NCBI GenBank assembly: GCA_965240325.2
Contig: OZ251223.1
Location: 434,001-498,000, forward strand
Direction of reading: 5' to 3'
Source of the DNA: Rebecca billardiae RCC1528
Lineage: Eukaryota > Protista > Haptophyta
Length of the DNA stretch: 64,000 nt
Shown here: positions 31,601 to 42,090 of the stretch, in pieces
Layout: each line of letters starts with the position of its first letter
Numbering within the stretch: position 1 is the first letter of the stretch
The notes under the pieces: model-generated
The model's input: the letters and a program-made list of their open reading frames with translations, nothing else
Told to the model about the DNA's origin: nothing
The model's database searches: none
Translations under genes and position numbers: made by a program

Positions 31601-33377
31601 GCTTGTGGGGGTCCGCGCCCTGTGTGCGCGCGAGCTCGCGCGCGAGCGGCGCGAGCGCGGCGCCGGCGGGCCCGTCGGCGCCCGCGCCGCGCGCGAGCGC
31701 GGCGGCGCGCGCGACGCCGGGGATGGCGAGGGCGTACTCGAGGTCGCGCAGCGCGGGCAGGTACCGCGAGTGCCGCAGCGTCGCGCGCTTGCAGTCGAGC
31801 AGTCGGCGCGGGTATGCGCCACCGGCCGCGCGGTCGAGCGCGTGCCGCAGCGCGCTCAGCAGGGCGGGTAGCAGGCCCTCGCCCATCAGCGCGTGCACGA
31901 CGGAGGGCGCGGTGAAGAGCTGCACGCTCAGCGAGAGCGCCGAGTCCTCCTGCGTGCCCACGCCCGCGGCGAACGCGCGCGCGAGCGGCACGTAAGCGTG
32001 CAGAAACGCCGACGCAAAGCGCTGCTTGAAGGACGGCTCGGCGAGGAGCTTGATGAAGAGGCGGTGGAGCGCGCGCTGCAGCGGGCGCGGCAGCAGCGCG
32101 TCGTGGCAGAGGAGGGCCTCGATGAGCCGCGCGGGCTGCCACGCCGACTCCTGCACGCGGAGCAGCACCGCCGCGCGCGCCGGCGCGAGCGCCGTCGACG
32201 CGAGCGCGTCTCCCAGCACGGCGCACGCGCCGTCCGAACACTCGCACACGCGCGTCAACCATTCCACCGCCGCGGTGCAGCGGGACTCGCGCGCGCGCTG
32301 CGCGCGGTCCGCGAGCGAGACGAGGAGGCCGTGCTCAGTGAGCCGGCGGAAGTGGCGCAGCGCGTCCGCGCGCGGCGCCGCCGTCACGATCGCCTCGCCC
32401 TCGCGATCAATCCGAGCGGTCAGCTCGGCCGCCGCCTCGCGCCCAACAGCGATCACAACGAGCGCCGACGTCACCTCCTCGAACGTGTGCACGTCGTCGT
32501 TGTGCACGATGACCAGCAGCCCACCGCGCGCGGCGGCGTCGGCGGGCTCGGCGGCGGCGGCGCCGCCGCCGCCGCCGCCGCTCCCGCCGCCGCCGCCGCC
32601 GCCGCCGCCCGGCACCGTCGCCGCCGAGCTCGGCGCCGGCGGCGCGCCGGGCGGCGGCGGCGCGCCGAGCGGCGGGCGGTGCAGCTCCTCCCAGGGCAGG
32701 CGCCACGCGCCGGGCTCGTCGTCGCGGTCGGCGGCGTCGGCGTCGAGCGCGACGATCGGCTCGACGCGCGGCGGCAGGTTGAACGGCGTGTACGACGCCA
32801 CCGTCAGCGCGCACGTGCGCGCGAGCGCGCGCAGCAACTCCGGTACGACCACCGCGCTGAGGCTCTCCGAGAGCTCGGCCGGCAGCTGGGCGGTCGGCCC
32901 GGCCGCGTCGGGCGAGAGGCCGGTGTGGCGCGCGCAAAAGCCCGCGGGGCTCCACGCCTCGGCGTCGCCGCAGTCGCAGCACCCGCCGCGCGCCGTGCGG
33001 TGGAAGTAGACTTCGTGGCCCTCGTGGTCCGCGTGGCGGAAGCACTCGTTGCACTGCACGCACGTCGCGTCCACCTGGCAGCTCCGGCAGTTCCACGCGA
33101 GGTCGCCGTTCTTGAAGATGTACGAGCAGCGCTGCTCGCGCCGGTTGTTCCCCAGCTGCTCGAGCACCTCCGCAGGAGACTGCTCGCCGCGCAGCACGCG
33201 CGCGCACAGCACGAGGTCGAGCCACGCGGGCAGCTGCATCGCATCGCCCTCGGCAAGCTCGCGCGCGAGCACCTCGCGCAGCGGCCCGAGGCCTCCCTCC
33301 TGCACGAGCTTCTGCACGTACGCCGACGACGGGATGGGCGCGTGGCCCAGCTCGGACGCGCCGGTGCCGCCCAGCAT
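25689..33377 (-). CDS. UBR1: UBR1/2-type N-degron E3 ubiquitin ligase (UBR box, ClpS-like, RING-H2, C-terminal domain); introns 26072-26204 and 25795-25958
   Basis: CSYIFKNGDLAWNCRSCQVDATCVQC...GGCCDCGD...FC..H, VHNDDVHTFEEV, CIICH...CGHAVH..C...EFHCPLCRR, CLLCG and SPYVDAHGDED..LKRGRPLFL. Confidence 0.93.
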   Translation of the reverse strand: MLGGTGASELGHAPIPSSAYVQKLVQEGGLGPLREVLARELAEGDAMQLPAWLDLVLCARVLRGEQSPAEVLEQLGNNRREQRCSYIFKNGDLAWNCRSCQVDATCVQCNECFRHADHEGHEVYFHRTARGGCCDCGDAEAWSPAGFCARHTGLSPDAAGPTAQLPAELSESLSAVVVPELLRALARTCALTVASYTPFNLPPRVEPIVALDADAADRDDEPGAWRLPWEELHRPPLGAPPPPGAPPAPSSAATVPGGGGGGGGGSGGGGGGAAAAEPADAAARGGLLVIVHNDDVHTFEEVTSALVVIAVGREAAAELTARIDREGEAIVTAAPRADALRHFRRLTEHGLLVSLADRAQRARESRCTAAVEWLTRVCECSDGACAVLGDALASTALAPARAAVLLRVQESAWQPARLIEALLCHDALLPRPLQRALHRLFIKLLAEPSFKQRFASAFLHAYVPLARAFAAGVGTQEDSALSLSVQLFTAPSVVHALMGEGLLPALLSALRHALDRAAGGAYPRRLLDCKRATLRHSRYLPALRDLEYALAIPGVARAAALARGAGADGPAGAALAPLARELARTQGADPHKRRIAEHVAFESRSWITALSLAMALGSVCGALCTHALAEPAGADGAGGDETAARAPVPSADADAVALALGRVLIAELLGWLGSDAACACAPVVRCLPGASLTRTSPSAGVAGAGADDDDGDDDGGDDDDDSDDSDDGERSPAAPLGDAAGAAGAEAGAPGREVLLDGLALKVWRDPCSIHWALHRAIAALVAECARVDSRAGEASLLHRLLSQVYAAHGAAGGGWEARAPLGRLVAGVVEYPLSTLAMCAQALAGMWRRNGTSALSQATNYAHALPWCLRLRDRDVLLVQLCAAHASADGALARAVHRYGLHQWLAVAPASLPPSAHAAPCRAWPVRASWSNEHAPALTLELLKLVCVLGTEMPPAAGAAAERAWLRRELLHKLAAAPATRSDLADWLSHVRASGGKTGAAGAAGAAGAAELAEELIGSIAQPPAPPAPGRAAPTEPPKLALRPSLWAHVEPSFWHLLPWELRAVAERAPPLPDVLAADPLGRAAGAPAPRPLAPPPPPCHPFFWRARLELLTGAPTVLMCAAILQRYALAASARLASAPPAAPAGDGGSGGDGGGGGGGGASGAAGGGAAPAPGTSGPAGPPSVPAFVSVWAHEDVLCAAVQLLTLGAHAISEREIASSEGESAGPAAAPAEPPAEGVGADAAHVSEEEAAARARLRLGACAAFADALLTAHPALVRAEGVDGAEGEAAARAERAGALPQHHQRRQQSDEEAGGGARAEHRAARASAERSAHASAELGPPAGSALHALVRVLRHSQAAGASSSDHGALAPRTLNGVCWLLRTLAALSERLGRALRACPELRAPGAAASGAAGGGADAGAAGADGAPSPSALGSAEGGAGEAARAARREAAKAARARALSEMQASRDAFAASQAGGGAAGGGGAQPRGPSREPTPPAASASAAGVGGVGGSGGGERAPGQAAAAELADAEPSLADARAEGAEAEAEEAEEEEAECAAPLCIICHQARLAEEHGAEGEEEAAEAGTLLLIALAQPTRALLAAEGDEVAAAASVALPLPPLAARGAPVGTGLHVRACGHAVHARCFGAHCHNLRARDDFELVHDGRSAVDIGRGEFHCPLCRRPSNCLLPALGRTAPPPAGAASAAAEPPGAGAGAGAPPDAAASAAAAAAEGGGDPAAELDAWLGSRAASALGSAGGAADGGADGAAAAPPPAAAAALGAGGARSVCRLAQRLASLSPLDPPLLLASNDPLGARPLVALLPVPSDVDGIAASLVASQATAVAQFEARAAAEAGGGGAAGGGAAGGGGGGAVGVGGSGRPSLALLSDEALLRTPMSERARHCALSTAEALGVLFGTLACTLTAEQAAADWAAGGRAPPVPPSTALLGLAAAVRAAPAERPHARGAAEAHVCAPLRELLATGATGPATAADWTSRAAAAAARAGVEDCPEPSTAEALAGDAEGVQLRRLRHVVACTHPAAPTSSAIRSGAPTPERERASRALYRRASLLGALARPDPFELLCAALGACDGLADVAMLARALACAALAHALLGAARAGGGSAAPTGAGAGGAGGASGAAAISSLRALAAELARAAAGEGGGGGGGSSESAAPAEFSDESLGAAAEVACSFSRRALALLHAVALSRAGAVRLRAGGAAGADGAAAGGGSGGSAALEASALSALRACGVALGGAATAEPPSAASSAALALEAAQRALGAPTAAQLLFHAPMLARVRGWALSARRGGGALAPPGAPPRAARLVRLAPSFTEQYAQLSSRVCARCGTWPDEPALCLLCGSLLCAGSACCKAHGVGELTQHARNCGWGLGLFFLLNRCSVRRVARDDARRGAARGAKARLQPLALSPPPPRARPPARPCARAAGPSHARLTRRLRTLSVRRRARRRGPAAQAGPPALPAPGVRAGRRARARRRRRARGERVRAPRGGRGGRGAARRGVPGAERCAAACTTPAARRRRLRQLEELWVSHGVAAEIVKIRNSSDRVIRNSYY

Positions 33378-33882
33378 GGCTCCGCCCTGTCGCGCGATGT
33401 CCGCGACCGCCTCCCAACACTGCGCGGCGGAGGACTCCGGAAACTTGCTGCTGATGCTTGTTGGCGGGCGAGGACGCAGCGCGCCACCACCGTAAGTACC
33501 TCCTCAGACTGAAGCGGTGTACGCGAGTGTGCGGGCGGCTTGAGTGCTTGACTACTGTCTGTCTGACTGACATCGACTGGCGCCTGGCAGCAACTGGCAG
33601 CGGACATAGCAGACTAGCTGCGTAGGCAAGCTACTGCATGGTAGCAGGACGATGGCTCCGCTGCAGCGCAAGCTGCTAAGCCCTAATACTCTGACGTCTC
33701 ACCACATTCCATGCATGTGCCAGCTACATGATGCGGTCAAGGGCATCCCGGTGCAGACACTGAGACGGCAGTGTGAGGTTGGCGGAGCCGAAGCGCGGCC
33801 CGAAGACTGATAACTATCGAAGCCGAAGGCGGGCGGATGACGCCACCGATCCGCACTGAGGCAGTGCCAGTGGTCCACTCCA

Positions 33883-33904
33883 TCAAGGGCGGTACCGCCC
33901 TTGA
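33883..33904. repeat. 22-bp perfect palindrome TCAAGGGCGGTACCGCCCTTGA
   Basis: Read directly. ACTCCA occurs on both sides; half-sites recur at 25081-25092 and 53394-53403. Confidence 0.7.
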
Positions 33905-34904
33905 CTCCAGGTTGTGTCTATACGACTACTCTGAACAGCTTGCTGGCGGTTATCAACAACACTCAACAGTAAATTGAACCGCGCGCATGTCCGGCGCGTT
34001 ATACTTTGTAAGTGTTTACATCAGTACTACAGGCAATCGCGGGCAATAAGAGGTCAGAGATCTCACTGCGGCTAGTCTCGGTTTCTTAGATGATCCGTTC
34101 GGTAGCCGAGCGCCTACGGAGTCTCGGTCTCTTATCTAGGTCCGCCCGCCGCGCAGGCGCGGGGGCCCGAGGGGGGCGCAGGGGGGCAGAGCCCCCCGCT
34201 GAGTCTTTAGGCCCGGCCAGCGAGGCCGAAGAAACATTTTGGACGGGCCATTTTGGAGCAAATCTGGCATGATGTTGCATGGATGCCGCGGTGCACTGGC
34301 CAGGAGTCAGTCAGGAGAAGCAGGGACTTGGCCTGTACTCGTAGTCCGAGGCCGCGCGCCGCGTCCCCGACGGGCCTCCCACGGGCACTCTGCGCCTCAT
34401 GCAGCGGACCGAACGTCAGCCGCAACCGGACGTCAGTAGACGTCGTAGTCCGCCGGTTTATCTTAGTGTGACTACTGTATGCGTATAGCGAACTACCAGT
34501 CGGCCAATCGCCAGTGGCTCAGCTTATTGGCTAGGCCACGCGGATCCGCAGATCGATAGCAAGCCCCAGTTCGATTTCTTAACGTGCTGCGCTGACCTGT
34601 GCTGCTCCTTATTAGTATTGCCCGCGATCGGCCTGATGCATGTAACTCGGCGCGACGACCGAGCCCTGACGCCCCGGGCCTGTCAGTCCGTCATGCAGCT
34701 TCGGACACGGGATCAGTCGTCGATACGACCCGGTTTGACGGCACGGTGCCCCGGCGGTCTGCTGGTCAGTACGGCCTACGGGTGTCCACGGTGTCGACGG
34801 CACTGTTACTGCTATATACTCTGCGACTGCGGCACTGCGACTCGACACGAAATCTGCTTACAGCCGGCTGTGGCGTCTCGTCTCTACTACTGACTCAGTA
34901 GAAC

Positions 34905-37464
34905 TTAGAAGAAGGGACCTGCATAGGCGGCGCGGACACGGTGGGTCACGTGGGACGGGGCCGCGGCAGGTCAGGTGGACAGGTGGCGAGTGTGCGCAGC
35001 GCAGGCAGCGGGTCCGCGTCGCCCCAGCCCCGCTTCGGCCGCTTCGGCCGTAGGCGCAGTCGCCGTGCGCTCACCACCAGCAGCTCCGGCCGGACCGCCG
35101 GGCCTTTGGCCGCCTTGTGCGCCCATGCCGCTACCAAAGCCACCCATCATCATCTGCTGCTGCTGCTGCGGCTGCATCATGCCGCCGCCGCCCATCATGG
35201 ACGGCGCACCCATGCCGCCGCCCATCCCGCCGCCCATAGGCTGCATGCCGCCACCCATGGGCGGCCCGCCCATGCCGCCGCCCATGCCGCCGCCCATGCC
35301 GCCGCCCATGCTGTTGCCCATGCCACCGCCCATCCCGCCGCCCATCCCGCCGCCCATCCCGCCGCCCATGGGCTGCATGCCGCCACTCATGGGCGGCCCG
35401 CCCATGCCGCCGCCCATGCCGCCGCCCATGGGCTGCATCTGCTGTCCGCCCATCATGCCGCCGCCCATGCCGCCGCCACTGGCACCCGGCGCAAGCGGCG
35501 CCGCGCCTGCGCCGCTGCCCTGGCCCATCGGCTGCTTGGCCGGCGCATGGGCGCCCATGGCTGGCTTGGACATCATGGCCCCGCTGGCGCTCTTCTTGGG
35601 GCCAGTGCTGCCGCCCGCCGTCGGCTGCGCCGCACTGCTCGCGCCGGGCACGAGCGCGTGCGCAGCGGAGGGGGAGGAGGTGCGGTGAGCAATCGCGCGA
35701 GCAAATCTCGAGCCTATCTCGAGCATATCTCGCACACATCTCGCGCGACGCGCAGGCGCCGCACGCGCGGCGCGCACGAGATGTTGTCCAGATTGACGAG
35801 CGAGTTGCCCGCGCCCAGGATGCCATGCGCTTTCTCCTTGGCGCGCTCGGAGGCGGTCAGCTCGTGCATCATCGACGACGAGGTGGACGAGGGAGGGATC
35901 GATGGCTGCTGCGGCTGGCCACCCCATGTGCTCGCGCCGGCTGCCGCCGGCTGTGCCCCAAAGGGGTCCGCACCGCCGCCGCCGCCGCCGCCGCCGCCGA
36001 ACGGGTCCCCCCCGCCGCCACCGCCGTCCATGCCGCCGCCGCCGCCGCCGAACGGGTCCGCGCTGCCGCCCATCCCGCCGCCGCCGCCACCCATGCTGCC
36101 GCCGCCAAACGGGCCGGCACCGCCACCGCCGCCGCCACCGAACGGGTCTGGCGCGCCGCCGCCCATCGGCGCAGGCTGCATGCCCATCGGCTGCGGCGCG
36201 AGCGAGAGCGAGCCAAGGGCCGCGAGGTCGTCCACCTGCGGCCCGGGCGACGCATCCAATAGCGACATCCCGCCGCCGCCGCCGCCGCCGCCGCCACCGA
36301 ATGGGTCCGCGCCACCGCCGCCGCCGCCGCCGCCCGGCGACGACGCAAAAGGGTTGTCACTCGGAGCGCCGCCCCCGCCCCCGCTCGAGTCGCCCAGGCC
36401 GAACGGGTCGGCCGACGCCGCGGAGGCCGGGGACGTGCCCGCACCGTGCTTCCTCACGGGCGCGATCGGCCCTTCTCCGGGCGACGCGCGCGAAGCCGCT
36501 GGCACGTGCTGCCTCGACCGACCCGCCGGCGCTGGGCCCGAGAGCTTGACGACAGGTGCGCTGCTGGCCGCGGTGGGCTGGCTCGAGATGTGCACGCCGC
36601 CGCCGAAGGCCCCGCCCCCGCCGCCCCCGCCACCGCCGATCAGATCGTCGTCAAACCCGCCGCCGCCGCCGCCGCCGCCGCCGAATGGGTCATCGCCCAG
36701 AAGGTTTGGCGGCGGCGGCTCCGGCGCTCGGGGCGGGGGCGGCGGGTAGTCGTTCTCGTAGTCGTCGACGGCGGGCTTGGGCGGCGGGCGCTCGGAGACA
36801 GGGTCGCCGTCGCGCAGGTAGCGCAGGAACGACTCGGCCCGCTGGCGCACTGCGCTCGCAGAGTGCGCGTGGCGCGCGCGGAGAGAGAGGCAGGGCTGCC
36901 GTGTCAGCGCGCGCGGCGGCGCGGCGCGGCGCGAGGCGGGCGCGCGCGCCCGCAGCCAGCGCGGCTCGCGCGCGCACCCTTCCCGCCGATGTCCTGCCCG
37001 CTCTCGTTGTACAGCGTGAAGTGCCGCAGCTGCTCAATGTGCGCCATGTTCTTATGGATCTGCCGCTGCACCATGTCCGCGTTGCCCTCGCGCAGGATGT
37101 ACTCGAGGAGGATCAGGCACTTGAGCGGGTGGTTGATGTTGGAGCGGTCCTTGATGCGCTTCCAGATCAGCGTCATGATCGCGGGGAACTCCACCCTGCA
37201 GCGCACGCGCGCAGCGGCGCCGCGGTCAGCGTAGGCGTCGCCGCACTCCACGCGGCCGATCGCGAGCGCGTACGTGAAGGTGCCCTTTGCGATCTCGCGC
37301 AGGAGCGCCGGGCTCGGCGTGCTCTCGTCGTTGCACGTCGCCTCGCGCACCATCTGCTCCATCTCCGTGTAGTTGTACACCTTGTTCTTGAGCTCGCGGA
37401 CGTAGCGCTTCGTGTCGGCGCTCACGCCGTTGAGAAAGCCTCCCGACGAGCGTGCCTGCGCCAT
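34905..37464 (-). CDS. ENTH-domain clathrin adaptor (epsinR/CLINT1-like); introns 37196-37273, 36850-36977, 35635-35777, 34919-35074
   Basis: ENTH motifs YTEMEQMVREATCND, IWKRI, KCLILLEY and GQDIG.KVR. Many DPF motifs, one NPF, clathrin-box-like LVNLD and a Met/Gly-rich tail ending GPFF*. Confidence 0.9.
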
Positions 37465-38586
37465 GGAGCTGGCCCTGCGCGCAGGGTGGGCGCGCGCGCA
37501 CGGTGCGGCGCCACGCGCTTGGTACCGCACCGATGCCCGCCAGCCGGCCGGCGCCGCAGCCTCAAGCTCGCCAACGCACCCGTCTGCCTCCCTTCACAAA
37601 TGGCGCCGAGTTCGTCGCTGGCAGGAAGTGCGCACCAGCTGTTGCGATACTCAAGGGGAGGTGTGTCCGGCTGCGCCGGCTCACGACCTCACGTCCACAG
37701 CCGGACTCGGGCATCTTGTTGATGAAGCGTTGGTCGCCGGGGGCGCGGCGGGGCCGCGGCGTGCTCCACAGGGCCACTGATCAGCGGAGTGCGGAGTGGG
37801 AGGTTTGCCATGTGAAAGGCCTTGCCGCGGCAGTGCTTCAGCGAATTGGACTGTGCAGACTGAATGTGCGCGCCGCCGCCTGCGGCCCACACGCATGAGA
37901 CGCCGGAGCGCTAACACGCGTGACATCGGCGGATCGGCCGTGGCCGATGACTGCATGAGCCCCCCGGCTTCTCGCTCCACCCTGCTCCGGCCCTTGCGGC
38001 GCAGGGGTTGTCCGCTGCAAGTGGGGCGTTCCACCCCACTGGTTCTGCATATCACTCCGCCTCGACAACTCACGGGAAGTTCCCGCTAGGAAAAGCTGTG
38101 CGAGAGCGGCGCTCAGCGAGGATGGCCAGGGCGAGTCTTATGCGGCATACTTGCACTGTAGGCTGCTGCTGATACAAGTACTGTACCTAGTAGTATCGGG
38201 CTATCACCATGCACACCCCGCAAGTAGATGCGCTGGTCAATGCGCACGCGCACCAACCCGAACGCAAACGCGCAAAAAGCGAGGGCTGCAAGATGCGCCC
38301 AAAGATTGACGTCATCATTCTTCCATCGTGGGCCCAGCGCCTGCAATTTCGATTCGATGCGCTGAATCGCTGATTAACCAGCAAAGGATCCAGACCTACT
38401 TGTGAGCGGCGGTAAGCGAGCCGTCACCTGCGCGCGCGGGGCGTCGAGCCTGGCGCTGCTGCACCAATGTGGGGTGGCACGGTGAGGCCGCACAGGAGAT
38501 CAGAGGGCACCGATGCACACAGAGCTCCGAAGCGCGACCAGCGGCCATCGACGCCACCGACGCCGAGGCTCAGGCTCGCGCGCACG

Positions 38587-39534
38587 ATGATCGAGCGCGT
38601 CACATCTCCGCTCGTGCGCCGCGCCAAGCTCACCAGCGTGGAGAAGCGCTCGATGATGAGCCGCCGACGCGGCACGCGGCATCTGCATCAGATCGAATGG
38701 TCGGAGCCGCCCGCGCCGCCACCGTGGTCGCGCGCACAGCTGGGCTGGGCGGAGCGCTTCCGCGAGGACTACGTGTGCCTGTGCGCTCGCGACGGGCGTT
38801 CGTACGAGCTGCGCATTTCACAGGCGCCGGTCGCGAGCGGCAAGCACGCCTTGGAGGCGGCTGCGTCGAGCGATGGCGGGCTGTCCACGGGCTCGACCGT
38901 GTGGGATGCGGGAATCGTGCTCGCGCGCCACGCTGCGACCGTGCTCTCGCACTCCGCGGCCGGTGCGATCTTGATCGATCTCGGCGCGGGCACTGGCCAC
39001 GTCGGGCTCACGATCAGCGCGCTGTGCCCCCGCGGCGTGCTCGGCACCGCGATGCTCACCGATCTGCCCGCCGTGCTGCCTCTGCTCGAAGCGAACGTGG
39101 CCCGAAACGCGCACGCGCTCCCGCCTGAGCTCCACGTGCACGCCGTCGCGTACCGCTGGGGCGACGATCACGACCTGGAGGAGATCGCGCACCACGTGCA
39201 CGCGGTCGGCGGGCACCCGCACGTGCTCTGCGTCGGCGGCGACTTGCTCTACCGAGAGGAGACGATCGAGCCGCTGGTGAATGCGCTGTGCGAGCTGCTG
39301 GGCGTAAGCGGCGCGCACGGCGCGCTGACAAACGAGGCGCTGATCTCGACCTCGATGGAGCACTCGCCGGACACGGCGATGGCCTTCGTTGACGCGGCGA
39401 CGGACGCCGGGCTGACGGTGCAGCAGGTACCGTTCGATCAGATGGACCCGCATTGGCGATCGCCCTCGGTGGTTGTCCTGTCGGTGACGGTCGACAACAC
39501 CTCTTTCGATCTGGTGAGCGCAATGGTGATTTAA
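38587..39534 (+). CDS. Protein-lysine methyltransferase (METTL21/Methyltransf_16 family)
   Basis: TGSTVWDAG, LIDLGAGTG, LTDLP..LPLL..NV, YRWG and GGDLLY. The start could be ATG 38467. Confidence 0.88.
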   Translation: MIERVTSPLVRRAKLTSVEKRSMMSRRRGTRHLHQIEWSEPPAPPPWSRAQLGWAERFREDYVCLCARDGRSYELRISQAPVASGKHALEAAASSDGGLSTGSTVWDAGIVLARHAATVLSHSAAGAILIDLGAGTGHVGLTISALCPRGVLGTAMLTDLPAVLPLLEANVARNAHALPPELHVHAVAYRWGDDHDLEEIAHHVHAVGGHPHVLCVGGDLLYREETIEPLVNALCELLGVSGAHGALTNEALISTSMEHSPDTAMAFVDAATDAGLTVQQVPFDQMDPHWRSPSVVVLSVTVDNTSFDLVSAMVI

Positions 39535-39651
39535 TAACGATATGTCAATTCATAGCATCAGCTTATAATTCATCATCAACAAATTCAATGATTGCATCAT
39601 GATTTGGAGCTGAGTGCCGCTGACTACGTCTACTGTATATACTATACTATC

Positions 39652-39652
<1 letters not shown>

Positions 39653-39723
<71 letters not shown>
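39653..39723. repeat. (AG)n microsatellite
   Basis: About 35 units, read directly. Confidence 0.98.
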
Positions 39724-39726
<3 letters not shown>

Positions 39727-41435
39727 TCAGCTGTATTGCCGTTTTGGAAAGTGTGGTCAGGTGTATTGCCAAACGCACGTTTTAACTACCGTGGTCAGGT
39801 GTATTGCCGTTTTCCATGTTTGGGAATCACGTGTCAATCTTGTTGCCAACGTCGAATACTTGTGTCAGGTGTATTGCCGTGGATGATGGCCCAATACTTT
39901 GTCCAGCTGTATTGCCGTCGCGTAACAGTGTGGGTCAGTTGTGTTGCCGTTTGCGCATCTTTGATTCAGGTTTGTTGCCGCGATAGCCCACGCGCTGATG
40001 ATGGCGCTTGCGCCCACGCGCCGCCGGCGTGCGCGGCGTGCCCTTGAGCAGGCCTAGCTGATCCCAGGCCAGAGGAGTGACGTTCAACGACGACGATCTC
40101 TGCCGGGGTAGCGCCGTGTTCCTCGACATCATCAAGTCGAACGACGAGCTGAACCGTGGACTGGAATCTGCACAAACGCTGCCGCATGCGCGCGCAGTGC
40201 AACACGCGCGTGCACCGCCTCGGGCTACTCGCCGTCTACGCGGAGACGGGCGAGAATCCGTCGCGACTTCTATCGAATCGGCGTTGCTCCGTGCTCACTT
40301 CGACTCCGGGACCGTCAAGCGCGCAGTCGATGACATTGCGACGGCAGCGCATGCAGGTGCACGCGTGAAGCAGGGTGAGCGTGTGTTGCTGCGCCCTGAT
40401 TCGCGGGAGTCGAACGTGCACGACGGGCGTGTGCTCTTCAACGGCCTCAAGGAGCTTGACCAACGCGACGCGCGTCCCCCTCACTGCCTGCCATCGACTG
40501 TCATTCACACCGTGGCGATCAACCAACGCGCGTCGCTCTCGCTCGTGCAACACTGCTGGCGCGTGCCTTTTTGCGATTGTCATCACTCCAACAGCAGACT
40601 GCCCTGTGGCCAACCGTGTGCAGGTGGCTGACCGTGCGCCAGTTGCACTCGTCAACGCAGGCTGATTGCCCCGTGGAGGAGGAAGTCCAAGGCGTACTGC
40701 CAGCTGGGACACAACGCACCGACTGGCGGGCGGTGCGCCGCGCGCGCCTCGACGAGCCAGCAAGCAGGAGGGGCAGGCGACGCTTCCTGCTGCTGCTGGA
40801 ACCCGAGTGGCCGGCTTGGCGAGCGCGGTCGCAGCTTGAGGCAGCGCGTGCAGCGGCATGGGACGCGATGCGGCTCACGTGGCCGCTGAAGTAGCAGCAG
40901 TCCCGATGGCGCTGGCGGCCGGCCGCCGGCGGGCGGCAAGCGCGACGGCGACGGGAAGCGCCGACTGCTACTGGAAGTCAAGATGAGCTACGCAGGCCGC
41001 ATGATGATGGCATGTCGGTTGGTTGCAGTCGCGTATCCTGCATGCCGCGCGCAGGCAGTCGCAGCTCTGCACGCACGCGCACACGGGCTGCGCGAGTCTC
41101 TTGTCTGACGGTGCGAGTCGTGCCCCAGCCACCAGCTGCTGGCGGCAATACAACTGACACATAGTTATGGAAAGGTTATGGAAAGGGCGCAATATTTCTG
41201 AGCAGACTATGTTCAAGCTCGAAAACGGCAATATTCGTGAACCAAGTAGTGTGAAAGGGTCATTGGTTTGAAATCAGTATTTGAGGGGCAATATTGTTGA
41301 CACACTATCCAAAAGCGGCAATATTCTTGACCCATACTACTGAAAACGGCAATACAACTGACCACGGTAGTCATAACGTGCTTTTGGCAATACAACTGAC
41401 CACACTATCCAAAGCGGCAATACAACTGACGTCGG

Positions 41436-41438
<3 letters not shown>
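39718..41438 (+). mobile_element. Non-autonomous Mutator-like (MULE) element with ~100-bp TIRs and subterminal repeats
   Basis: TIRs GAG...A.GTCAG.TGTATTGCCG.TTTGGA.AGTGTGGTCAG... at both ends, with 7-8 TCAG.TGTATTGCC-like motifs per end. The interior has a degenerate SWIM-like CDCHHSNSRLPCGQ (~40570-40615) followed by a stop. Confidence 0.75.

Positions 41439-41488
<50 letters not shown>
41439..41488. repeat. (AT)n microsatellite
   Basis: About 25 units directly abutting the MULE end. Confidence 0.98.
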
Positions 41489-41491
<3 letters not shown>

Positions 41492-42090
41492 TATACGTAC
41501 TACTTTTTAGAGTCTCACGAGTTTCAACTGGGTCCTGTGAGTGAGCCGGGGCCAAGATTCGAATCGGGCTAGATGTTTTTTAGATGCTATGGCGCTTCGT
41601 TCGCAGCGCGCCTTCGGTGGCGCCACAGGCCCGCGGGCCCTGACTGACGCGGACCGGGCCCGCGGAGCCGCAGCCGCCGGCGGCTTAACCGGGCTCGGCC
41701 TCGGGCGCCGGCCCGAACGTTATATATACGTGATACGTCCGCCTCGGACAATATAATAAGCACGTCAGCACGCGGTCGTGGATATTTTTTATATTCGATC
41801 AAAGCATCCGGCCGCGCTCAAGCTTTACGATCGCGGTGCAGGCTATGCTCTGCCACCAACGCCGACTTCGTGTCGACGATCGGGCACTGCCGCCGACGAA
41901 TCAGGAGACCCGCGTCGTCCTACCTGTGTCGTTAAATCATAGCTAGAATGAGTGTATGACTGCTGCTAGCTACTCTCCGGACGCAGGACCGTCGTACTTG
42001 ACTAAGTTGACACGGCTGACTGGAATTGGTGACGACGGCGCACGGGACTGTGAATGACCGTGACCGGAAGTGCTCGCGAGTAATTACTAC

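Noticed and set aside
38113-38346. NDDVNLWAHL resembling the PAQR/HlyIII NxWxH motif
   Set aside because: Short ORF without an ATG and lacking the later conserved His motifs; at most a decayed fragment.
39724-39980. Repeat-spacer pattern resembling a CRISPR array (also 41144-41430)
   Set aside because: The repeats are short and degenerate, mirrored at both ends of one element with matching spacers, and there are no cas genes. They are transposon subterminal repeats.
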